Source: Phoronis australis (Eukaryota > Animalia > Phoronida). Taken from it: a DNA stretch of 64,000 bases. The notes beneath the pieces are model-generated. The model did not search any database and was not told the origin of the DNA. It saw only the letters and a program-made list of their open reading frames with translations. Position numbers and translations under genes: made by a program. This document shows positions 1-11,402 of this stretch, piece by piece (position 1 is the first letter of the stretch; each line of letters begins with the position of its first letter). The stretch spans positions 178,328-242,327 of the forward strand of contig NMRA01000265.1 of the NCBI GenBank assembly GCA_002633005.1. Reading direction: 5' to 3'.

Positions 1-469
1 TAACAAATAAAAAATGCGAAGTGTTTCAATAAATAGAACTACCGAATATGATAAGGACACCACTTAAACTTTGTCTTATTTCCTTACATTTTTAACACTT
101 CAACCTTTGGATACAAGTTTATGGTGACAGCCAGTTCTGTAAACAACTGCAAAAACCATATCTGGCATTTTCAAAGAGAAAAATGAGCTGTTGTATGTAA
201 GAGACTCTTAAAGAAATACAAGGGGAGCTACTTGATTTCTGTGATACTTACTTACAGTGCTGCATATGCTAAAGCCTGGCCAATTTCACACCAATATAAT
301 AGCCAAAATTACATAATTTTCATCAAGGTAGCGATGCACACTAAAGTTTTTTTCAATGTGACAATTTGGTAATATTTACATGTGCTAATTGACATTAAAC
401 TTATTTTTAAATCAATTGGTTTTTATTAGAGCAAAATATAAGCAGCTAGTAGTGACGGCACTACTCTGT

Positions 470-688
470 AATTATTGTTCATAACAGTGGCACCTGGCGA
501 TAACTTCTATTGGACCGAAGTTCACCGTTCATACAGCACCGCAGCGTCAACACTGCGCTGTTAAATCCACCTCTTAACTGCTATGTTAACTGGAGCTGTT
601 AACTTCGATACGGGACCGGAGTTAAGCATTCATACTGACCGCAACTCCCCAAACCATCGATGCGTCGACGGTAGTATGAAAGGCCCTA
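470..688 (-). mobile_element. Terminal fragment of a Harbinger-like non-autonomous element related to 38630-39326
   Basis: Ends in atgaaaggcccta, resembling the reverse complement of the taggccttttcc terminus at 38630. gttaaatccacctc (561) is the reverse complement of gaggtggatttaac (38725). Confidence 0.55.
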
Positions 689-2272
689 TGGATGATAGAT
701 TTGTCTGGAAGAACTCAATTAAAGCTGCGGTTCCCCACTGTTTAGCTGTCAATGTTGAATTCTTAATTGAAACATTTTGGGGTTTCTAAACCTCAAACCA
801 CATTGTTTAAGAATTCACACCCAGACCTACTTTGTCATCCGTTCTTGAATTGTGGCCAAAAGAGGGAGCCAGCAAACTCAGGTCATAGGCAATGCATGCA
901 CCATTTTGGAATTCACAATTTTAGGTTTGGCCAATCCTAATAAACTCTTAAGTCTTCTTCTTGAGTTGCTGACGGTTTCGATGTTCTTGCTGGTAACGGA
1001 AATAAAATCATATCATGGTAAGGTTCATTATGAGAGTGATTTTATGATAGAAAAATTACACCCAGGGTGAAATGCAGCTAGTAAAACATTTTATTTGGTT
1101 TACATAGGAGAAAAGATGTCTACCATGATTTAAGGTACATGTAAGCCACGCACAGATCCTGGTTTACTTCACACACTAATTTAAGTTACTGCTGCTATAC
1201 TATGGTCCAAGTCAACACTATACTATGGTCCAAGTCGACACTATATAAATACATACCGAACCTGGCAATGATGTCCTGTCATATGGACCCAGGGAAAGCA
1301 ATATGCCCCCACCCCCATTTTTTCTGTGCTGCGCCGCCCATGGTCTATAAGCGGTGCACCAATGAGGGGGGCTGGGGTCTTTAGCCCTCACTTTTTTCAG
1401 TGTCGTGCCGCCAAGGTTGCTAGTTTTATTGCCCGACCACCATGACCAATGCTTCTTTCCTCTGACTTTTTGCCACTTGTTATTAGATTTGCTTGTTCTT
1501 ACGTGCTTTGATATACTAATACTGTATGTTAGCTTTGGGGTCTGAGTTTATCAGTGGTTTCTGCAGCCTCTGATTAGTCAAATCGCAAATGGCCATACCT
1601 GAAGTCTGGGTAGCATGTATTGAAAATTGTATCTTACACTAAGTTGATCAATATTATGCTCCATTACAAGTTTTCAGAAGACAGAAGCATCAGAGGCTGT
1701 TTAATGATATTATGTAGTCATCAAACTCTTATCATCTTCATTCTAACAATTGTTGCCAGTATCATTGCGACCAATAGGTTGTGCTAAGTAAGAATGGCCA
1801 CCTTTTTATCAAGAAAAGAAAGTTGTTTACCAGGACAGGACACATTTGTAAGTTAACAGTTTCACCTGACAACCTGAATGCATGTATACACTCATTTTAA
1901 GCCAGTGTTTACTGCTGCAATCATTGCTAATGTGGTAATTCCTCCTCTCCACAAAAACGACCTTTACCTTGATGACAGTGGGAATTTTACAATTCTATTG
2001 GTGAAGAACAAAACAGTAAAACAGACCGAGTTTCTCAGATGTAATTTCAGGATTGTTGTCTCTAAGTGTCACCAGGTAAATTTCAATTTTCCCATTGTAG
2101 CAGTCATCACCACTGTCGCCATTATTTCCAAATATGTATTTTACACAAGGCCAGTAGTTACAAGCCAAACCATGATCAGTCACGTAGTACATAAATAGAA
2201 AAAATGCGTTGACAAATATGTGTTCTCAATTTCAATAAAGACTTAACCCAGGAGTAAATCAACCCATTTTAC

Positions 2273-2363
2273 CTTGGAACATAGCATAGAACTAATGGAG
2301 ATGATTGGTTCCATACTGACAAACAGTATCCTGTAGTCTTCCATGCTTAGGGATGAAAACTTT
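2273..2363 (-). CDS. Internal exon of the same gene; DH domain continued
   Basis: Acceptor tttaatttcag and donor aag|gtaaaa; 91 nt, phase 2 to 0. Translates KFSSLSMEDYRILFVSMEPIISISSMLCSK, matching the DH pattern LSxEDxxxLFxNxExIxxxxxxF/L. Confidence 0.85.
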
Positions 2364-4187
2364 CTGAAATTAAACATATTCAATGCAATATTAATTCGGG
2401 GTCAATTTGTCAAACTTAAGCAGATTTAAAGCCTGTTTTGGGCAGTACATGTAATTTTAGTTCCTACAATATGTCAGTACCGTGCTTTGACCACACTGAA
2501 ATCTTTAACTGCCAAATCTAATGAACGCTCAGGCTTATTGATTGACTTTTGTCTTGTCATCAGTTAGAATCCTTAAGTTGTTCAAACAGCTATGAGCAAC
2601 AATCACACTCACATGTTGATCAATTAGATAACCAAGCTTGGTGGACAAAAACTCAAATACAGTTGGGCCTGAAATGCAATATGCAATGTTAATTGAGTTT
2701 GTGTATTCTGCTGACTGGCTACTATCCATTTTGGCAGAAATCTATTAGCCTCACTGTCCAGCTAAGCTGAGTACAGCCTAGGGTAACAATGGTATATGGC
2801 CTTGTGATGTTGGTTTGTGTAATGAACCAATTACCAGGAGAGCACAATGCCCAGTGTCAGTTGATTGAAACTTTTATCATGGGTACCAGGGAATGTTCAA
2901 AACTACTAAACTACTGCTACTGGCCATTCTTCGATTTCCTCTTTTCTCAAGGTGATGCAATATGGCGTGAAAAAGCTACTTCATGCATTTTTGACATGAT
3001 TGTGATTGAGAGTTTAAATCATGTTTTCTTGTCTTGCTAAAGCATTTTCAGGACAACCTGAATAGTCCAGTATACTCTAACTGGAAGATTATAAATCACA
3101 CGAGTGGTTGCCAGTGAGCAAAACACAGAATGTATCGTGTTGAACATTTCAAAACATATTGGATTTGAATACACTGAATCTGAACATTAGCTCAGGGAGA
3201 TTTAAAGCAGATATAAGCCATAACAAAAAACAACTTTTGATTTGGTCGCTACTCAAGAAATTGGTCTCAAATTGCTCCTTCTGTCAAATTGCACATAATT
3301 TCAGGGTTTCCAAAAAATTGACAGTTTGTTATTTCTTAAGACCAATCAAGTTGTTAGCATGCTGTGACAAGAGCTTCACTTGAGAGCCTGTAGAGTCTCA
3401 AACAATAACAAACTGCCTGCTCTTTGCAAAACCCAGAGATCCCTTCTGATCTGAGTAAGGAACAAGATGACACCAATTTTATAGCACTATGTGATGTAAA
3501 GCAGTAAGTGGTGTTAATGAAAAATTTACTTGCTGGAGGGAACTAACATTTATAGCCACTTAAAGTGGGTACCTACAAACTACAGTGGAACATTAGCCTT
3601 ACATAACAGTACACATCCTAGCGGACATTAGCCTCACATAACAGTACATGTGGCATGGGGGATTTTAAAAGGCTTTTTTGCTTAGCTGGACATGGGTGTT
3701 AATACTACAGTGTGCGTTTCTCTAAATTGTGTAAACAAAGTAGTCTGCCACCCAAAGTAATTCTTGTTAAAAGTCTGGAGTGAATGATCATCATACAAGG
3801 AATATGGACTGAAAATGCTGCTACTGTAGTTGAAGCTTCCTATCGGCAAGCATCCTGTAAAACCTTTGTGAAAATATAACACATTTTTGGCTTCAAGCAG
3901 AAAGGTCTGCTATGGCAAGAGCTGGTGACTTTGCCATGACTAATTCATTGGAATAGTCAAAATTATTTAAGTGCCTACAATACATAAAATTACTTGACGA
4001 GGTGAGTGTCTATGTCACTGTTAATACAGGACTTTTTATGTTTTTAGAGCGGCTATGTGCAAAATGTTGAAATTCCAGTGTATATATTGCAGAGTGGATA
4101 GTTTCTATTTTGGTTGGAACTGATACGTGGAAAATGTACTGTAGTAGGCATGATACATGCAAACTTGCTTGGAACAGAAGTATACGC

Positions 4188-4435
4188 CACTGACACATTT
4201 TAAAATGTCAGTTATTATTAGAGTGCTATTTAGGTTTGTAGTGTTAGTGCAAAAAACATCTTTTCAGTTTCAGTTACCGTATTCTCAACCGAGCTTTGTC
4301 CAAATGCAAATTTGCGTGGAACACAAGTTACGTCACTGACACATTTCAAAATGTCAGCAATTATTTAGAGCGCTATTTAGGTTCCCAGTATTAGTGCAAA
4401 AACAACTTTTCAGTTTTCAGTCATCGTATTCTCAG
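4188..4435. repeat. Diverged tandem duplication, about 145-bp period
   Basis: cactgacacattt.aaaatgtcag...gctatttaggtt...ttagtgcaaaaa...ttttcagttt...cgtattctca occurs at 4188 and again at 4334. Confidence 0.8.
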
Positions 4436-4856
4436 TAGCTTTGTCCATCCTTACTCTCGCAATAGTTAAAATTAGCATTTCAACGTGGAAAATTGTGTTG
4501 AATGGAATTCCGAAAACCTATTGCTGAATAGAGCTGACTTTCAGTTCAAGAACACCAAATTTGTTGTTTCATTTCCTCTCCTTCATTCTTCTGAGATGCG
4601 TAGGTCGGCCGGTAAAATATTTTATTTCTTATACTTCAGCTCTCATTGGGAGACACTAGTTTTTGTCGCAAAAATACTGGCGTAGTTACAATTGAAGAAA
4701 TTCCTCTCTTCTCAGATTGTAATGTTCTGAGTCACGCACATATATTACAGTCAGTCGGGTCATGGGAAACAAACCAGTCAATTTTCATTTACACCTTTAG
4801 GACAAGCGCTATTGTTTACTGACCAGTGAGGTCCTGTAGTTCACCTGCGTTCTCAC

Positions 4857-4959
4857 CTGAGAGGATCTCCATAGAGGTCTTGTACACTCTTATACAGTCC
4901 ATAGCTCTCCCTCTCAGACTCCCACAAATGATGAACGAGGCGTAATCGACTCTCCATTT
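4857..4959 (-). CDS. Internal exon of the same gene; start of a Dbl-homology (RhoGEF) domain
   Basis: Acceptor tcttactgctag and donor cag|gtgaga; 103 nt, phase 1 to 2, matching both neighbouring exons. Translates (E)MESRLRLVHHLWESERESYGLYKSVQDLYGDPL(R), matching DH helix 1 (RxxVxxELxxTExxY..Y..PL). Confidence 0.85.
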
Positions 4960-6937
4960 CTAGCAGTAAGACAAAGGCATACAGATATGAGGGGTGGTCC
5001 AACGGTAGTGGGGATTAATCCCTGCATTACAACTCTTTCCAAGCATCACATTGTGTATTTAGTAGTAGTAGTAGTATTTATTTACTATAGTGACAAGTAC
5101 AATTAATTCAAACAGTTATAAGTATTACATTCGTAAGAAAGATAAGTACAGCCTTGCTGGGCTTATTAGTCACTTTAACCACACAACTCAGATGTAGGCC
5201 TACCATAAATGCGTTGGTTTCTAAGTTCAAAAGCAGACTTCACATGTGGCACATTTTCTAGGGAAATACTGAAACAGCAGTTTTAACATATCTAATCTTA
5301 TGAAATCTGCAAAGTTCGGGATTTGAAGTGAAACATGGTAGATTAGACTTGGTTACAGCTAGACCTACCTGCAGTTTCCACTGAAAAATGGATTTAAATA
5401 TGCAATCTTCAAATTAGTTTCAAGTAAGTGGAGCCAAAGTACAGAAACAATGTAAAATCTCGCCAATTTCAGACAAAAGAATCATCAATATTCCCTTAAT
5501 TTTTCAAAACTCTTTACATTGTTGATGATGGTAGGCCCGGAAATTTGCGAACAACTTGAACACGTAAAAGCATTAACGTGGCACCGCACGTTTTTTGAAA
5601 AAATAAGAATGCAAAATTTGACTTGTCTTCCATAATGTGTCCTAAACTCATGGGATTTCACGTAGCCTAGTAAGACATACTGTAAAATGGGAAGCCGATA
5701 ATCTTTGATCTGAAGCAGTTTATTACTTCTGCCACAACCACTGAACCCAATGTAAATGAGAAAACCTGACTGATCCTGTGTCTTAAGTTTTCAAAAATAA
5801 ATTTTCACTGAAAACTGTGAACATTGGTAATATACTAGAAACAACTGTACACCTAGTAGACCTTGAAATTTTCAAAGGCACAAACCAATCACAGAAATGA
5901 CTATGTAAACAAAAGCATATCCATTGACCAACATATCTTTTACTGATGTCTGGGTCTGGGATAAGCTGACAAGGTTTGCCTGAAGTACTTTGACATTCAC
6001 ACTACAAGTATACCAAGAACAAGTTACCAGAATTCTACACTTACTCCACCTATTACTAAAATTGTAACAACTGGCAGCTGCTGCTCCCTCTAGTGCCACT
6101 ATTTTGCAATATGAAAATTTGTTGTGTGAACAGAACACATTTTAATCTAGAATGTTTTAGCTAAAAAGTTTTAGAAAAAAATTATGCCCATGTGAATCCA
6201 GCTAATGATAACAATGAGAGAATGTTTTCTCCAAACATTTAAGGCACATAAAAACATAAGCAGTAACTCGGGATATTACATAGAACATATACTGAGCTCA
6301 ACCAGCTAAAACTATTAAACGGATACAAGTAAATCCTAAACTTAGTTATTACTACTCCGAAAATGGCGTTTTAGGCCGGCAGGGAGGCAAAACCCATTGA
6401 GCGTCGCAAAAGCTGGATAGGTAAGAATCAACATAAAGATGGGCACACCAAATTAGCAACAACTTCTTAGGACCCCAGGAAAGTAAAAATATAATTCCTT
6501 TGATTTTATGATGCAATGTGAAGGACAGTAGAATATCACTGATCACATATTTTAACAAAAATATAAACATTTTAATAAACTTTCTTTTAAGAATGTTCAC
6601 TTCACAGGGTTTGTACTGTTCACCAGTCCTCAAAAACATTTGGTGAAAGTGTGAGTTATTAACAACCGTGTAGTAACTCGTTTGAGAAATTTGAATACCG
6701 GTAATTTCTTTGTCCCAAATCAAACAAATTTTATCTTAGTAGGGGTCGATGTGCCCTCGCTGGCTCCCCTGCTTCACAAGGCCTCGCCTTTGAGTGGGAC
6801 AGCATTGGTTGCATTCCAATATCAGAGAAAACACTGATTTCACACTCGCTCAACTGCCGTACCAATTTCCAACTTGACATTCAAGAACAACCCGAAATCT
6901 ATGGCAGAAAGGTGAGAGGTGAACCTGACTAATCTAC

Positions 6938-7121
6938 CTGGTGCATCATCTGTTCCATCCTCTTCAAGAACAATAGTATCGCCGTCCAGTAATGAGGCAT
7001 TGGCAGTCATCTCTAATGGAACTCGAGGTTCATCTAGATCCATCTTGTAGCTCCTCAGATTCAACTCCTGAACCAAGTCAGCAATCAACTCTTGCACGGT
7101 TACATCATTTTCTCCATGAAG
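6938..7121 (-). CDS. Internal exon of an RBD-DH RhoGEF-like gene; Raf-like Ras-binding (ubiquitin-fold) domain, C-terminal part
   Basis: Acceptor ttcttatttag and donor cag|gtagat on the minus strand; 184 nt, phase 0 to 1. Translates LHGENDVTVQELIADLVQELNLRSYKMDLDEPRVPLEMTANASLLDGDTIVLEEDGTDDAP, which resembles RGS12/14-type RBD ends (PLDLxAxxSxLDGxxxVLEE, from memory). Confidence 0.8.
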
Positions 7122-7999
7122 CTAAATAAGAACAGTGTAAAGTGAGTTCAGTCCTAAGTGAAACATGTTGAACATGCATAGACAATTAAGATGCTCTCAA
7201 GTTCTGCCAGTCTGAGAGGGAGATAGCATAAACACCAATCTAAAGTAAATCTTCACCTACATGGGCAAACCTAGGGCAGAAGATTGGGATTTCTTAACAT
7301 CGCTTATTATTAGTGTAGTAAGTATTTTGCACGAACTTTAAAATCAGCGCATACGTAAACAGAGACATTGTAGTAGTGGACATTTCGATTAATTTTATCA
7401 CTAAACCATTCTCAAGACAAATGATCTTCACAATACTCTAGTCAGGTAACACAAGAGCACTGCGTCAGAACAGGTACATACCAAAATGCATTGTGCAGCT
7501 AACAAAAACAATATGTGGTTAAAATTTAGATTATCTGAAGAAGGCATGGTCAGAAATATTGGAAAGTCATATCAGTTCCAAAACGTTTTAAAGAAACAAA
7601 AACGAGTCAAAAGCTCTATAAAATATTCAACTACATGAACATAATGGAATGAGAAAAAAATAAGATACAGAATTACTTTTAGAACTAAAGTAATAATAAA
7701 TAAATAATTAATCAAACTGGATACCAATTTCATGCTTTGTGGAAGGCTTCCCAGTCTATGAAAAGAAAAGTAACAATGGTTTAGTAAATGTACCAATCCA
7801 TGTCAATAGAAGGCCAACATACTCTGGAGATGTATTCTACAATTCAGAAAATTATTTTAGTAAACAAACAACTAAGATATTCCCTCACTATGTACCGTAC
7901 AACAATAACATATTACCAAAGAATTTCTGCACAAGCCTAACACTCACATCAAACACATTCTGTCCCCTGGACTATCAGGATATTTGCTCAAGATGTTCT

Positions 8000-10900
8000 T
8001 TTGGTCAATTAGTTTAATGAAATCGGTTTGCATGTTGTTGCACGATAAATTCGCATAATAAATGCAAATTTGCGTAACTAATGCAAATTAACGGCGTCAT
8101 TATTCAAAATTCTACTTGTGCTTATAGCTGCGGATTACGAAGCACCACAGGTGAACTCTCATGATATTTGAACCCATTTTCCTATGGTCAATTAGGTTAA
8201 TGAAATCAGTCTGCAAGTAGCATGATAAATTAGCATAATTTATGCAAATAAAGGCAGACATTATTAAAAATTCTGTTCCTGCCCATAACTTTCTTACGGG
8301 GGGGGGGGACAACATGTAGATTATTTTGGTATTTTTACAGATGAATTTAATGTAATCAGCTGTCATTACATCATAAATAGTATTTTATCACACATTACAA
8401 ATACTAGTTTTGCCTGATACCCAGAGCAGTAGATGAGCAAATTGTTTAATTGCATAAACCAAGGACAATAACCTACCGAACGAAGACCCCGTTAGTCACA
8501 AGACGTTTGAAATGTTAATTCAACACTCTTAACACGAACACACTACTACAGTATAATGTGCCCAAAATATTGTGCGGGGGGGTACCCTTTCCGATTATTA
8601 GTAGCATGCCACCGTGTTAAGTTACACCCCAACAGAGCAGAGGGAGGAGACCTTCACAATATCGCTACATAACTTTATATCTGCAACTGTACTATCCTTA
8701 TTTGGTGATTTCATGGTTGTGGTATTTGAAGCTGCTCCTTGTCTTAGTAATGCACACGAAGGACAAATACATTTTTGTCATCCGAAACAACCTAAAATTT
8801 GTTAAGTTCATATGCATATTTCACGTCCTGTTGCACAATAATGGAGCTAGCTTTTTCGTCGGATGTGTCCAACGTCCTTGTACTATATTAAGGGACAAGG
8901 GTCTCCATCAGTGATTACCTATACTAGTGTTCCTGACTTACTGGTAGCCTTTCTCGAAGTTTGTAACATGCCTGCTTATTGTTTCATGTATGTTAACTGT
9001 TGGAGTAGCAATACTGTCAGTGGTAATATTCACCACTGCATCTTTGGGATCGACATTGTGATCCAATAGATCGATGCTGGTATCTACTTTTGACAGATTC
9101 ATGCAATATCCTGGGCATGTGCATCAAGACGTGACTAGTACTTTCTTCCGTGTGGTTTTAGTACAAGGTCTAATGTTACTGCTCTCCATCTCTCCAAGAT
9201 CTGTTTCAATTTTTTAGGGCAAATGGCAACTTGTGCGCAGAGGGCAATTCCCTACTATTCCCTCACTACTGACTATTTGTACCTCATGAATGTGGTCCCT
9301 ATAAACTGATCGTTCCGAGCTCCATTCCAGCATTCGCCCAAGTCATTAAACTAATCTGCATTTTTCTATGGTCTGTGGGAGCGCAGGACAATAGGCAATA
9401 CCTTTTTTGGACTTTAAGGTCTCAAACTGCAGAACACTCGCTACACAAATTATTTTCTTACTTCATCATCAAAAAGGAGATTCTGCAAATTGATCATGCT
9501 ACAACCTGCAAACAGATTTCATGAAATTCATTGACCACTAAAACATGGGTGCAAATATTTATAACAAACCTCTGACTGTAAATTATCAATTACGCAAACT
9601 CATGATGGCCATGAAAACATGAGATAAATTCGAAAATAATCTACATATGTAATGCCCATAAGGAAATTATGAGCAGAAACAGTATTTGGAATACTGTGGT
9701 CAGTTGCATGAAACAGTCCCAAATAGGCACTCATGACTAAGGTCCCAATGTCTTTTCGCGTATTTGTGTCTTTATGGACTCAGATGCAATTTTTTTATAT
9801 AATTTCATCTTTGTTATGAGCTCCTCTTTGATTAATGATATTTTCTAATAATATAACTAAAACCTGGCCCCAGAGTTCATGGAAAATATATGAGGACTCA
9901 GTCCTTAAACTGAAGGTGTTGCATAAAAAGATCCCTAATTATTTTCGATAATATTGACAATTCAACGTAGAGTTTACTCTAGATTTGTATCAAAGTCAAA
10001 AGTTGACTTAGTAATGATTCAGAAACTAAAACAGCATTAGAAAGGACAATCGGTGTTTTCACAAGTCCACAAATACGCAGTAGATTTAAGGAACCTACAA
10101 GTCCCTATTTGGGACTCTTTCATGCAACCGGGCACTGGTGTCCTTTATTTGTATAAATTATGAAAATTCATCATGCAACAATTTGCAAACTGATTTCACA
10201 GAAACATGGGTAAAGATGTTAAAATATTTTACTTGGAGTGCCTGGTATTTCAGCTATCAGCAAAAGTACAATTTTGAATAATGACGGCCTTAATCTGCAT
10301 AATATATATAATGCAAATTCACCATGTATCTACCAGCAAAGGAGGTCCATTAAATTCACTGACTGGAAGCATCAGTGAAAACATTAAAGTAACCTGCCTA
10401 AAGTGCTTTATAAGGGCTGTTTTAAGACATGATTTTGAATAATGGTGGCCTTAATTTGCATTAATTATGCAAATTTATCATGCAACAACATGCAATCTGA
10501 TTTCATTACACTGACCATAGAAACAATTAGGGCAAATATGATAATTCACCAGTGATGATTGGTACCACAGCTATTAGAACAAGGACCTTGAAAATTTTGA
10601 ATAATGGCGACCTTAATTTGTATAAATTATGCAAATTGACAAAGTATCCACCTAAAAATCTTCACTATTACATTTGCTGACCATGAAAACATGGGTGAAA
10701 GCATCAAAATAACCTGCCTGCAGTGCTTGGAAAGGAAATTATAAGCAAAAATAGAATTTTACATAATGGCGGCATTAATTCACCTAAATTATGCAAATTG
10801 ACACTGTATTCACCAAAAAACGTGGGCTATGAAATTTGTTAACCACGAAAACATGGTAACAACGTCAAAATTATCTGGCTGCAGTGCTTGGTAAGGAAAT

Positions 10901-11088
10901 CATAAGCAAAAATAGAATTTTGCATAATGGCGACCTCAATTTGCATATTTTAAAAACTGCTCAAGTGTTGCGAACGGTCACCCCCCTAAATCATCATTAA
11001 ACATGCCTAGGCTACAGAAACAGCAAAGGAAAAAACTTTATCCGGCAAATCCAGGCTCGGTAAAAAACAGCATTTGGTTCCCGGACTT
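8000..11088. mobile_element. Decayed TIR DNA transposon, Academ-like, with inverted subterminal repeat arrays
   Basis: Repeated units containing taatttgcataaattatgcaaat lie in one orientation at about 8010-8350 and the opposite at about 9480-9690 and 10140-10950. The right end ttggttcccggact(t)a resembles Academ TAGTCC termini. No left TIR found. Confidence 0.55.
9697..10134. mobile_element. PIF/Harbinger-type MITE nested in the Academ-like relic
   Basis: About 34-bp imperfect TIRs (tggtcagttgcatgaaacagtcccaaatagg / cctatttgggactctttcatgcaaccgggca) with a 3-bp CTG duplication. Removing it rejoins a host repeat unit. Confidence 0.85.
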
Positions 11089-11092
11089 ATAT

Positions 11093-11402
11093 AGTCATTC
11101 TAGCAAATCAGCATTCAATCTTTACTGAGCCAGCAAAAAGTCATTCTAGCAAATTAACATTCAATCATTACAGAGCCAGTAAAAAGTCATTCTAGGAAAT
11201 TAACATTCAATCATTACAGAGCCACCAAAAAGTCATTCTAGCAAATCAGCATTCAATCATTACAGAGCCAGTAAAAAGTCATTCTAGCAAATTAACATTC
11301 AATCATTACAGAGCCAGCAAAAAGTCATTCTAGCAAATCAGTATTCAATCATTACAGAGCCAGTAAAAAGTCATTCTAGCAAATAAACATTCATTACTGA
11401 GT
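11093..11402. repeat. 46-bp minisatellite, about 6.7 copies
   Basis: Unit agtcattctagcaaat(ca/ta)(g/a)cattcaatcattacagagccag(c/t)aaaa starts at 11093, 11139, 11185, 11231, 11277, 11323 and 11369. Confidence 0.95.

Noticed and set aside
240-2200. Next DH-domain exon downstream of 2273
   Set aside because: Several donor-like sites (about 250, 1597, 1966), but none gave a phase-0 DH-like translation; the exon is probably outside the window.
11093-11402. CRISPR-like array
   Set aside because: Contiguous tandem units with no unique spacers, in a eukaryotic context with no cas genes.
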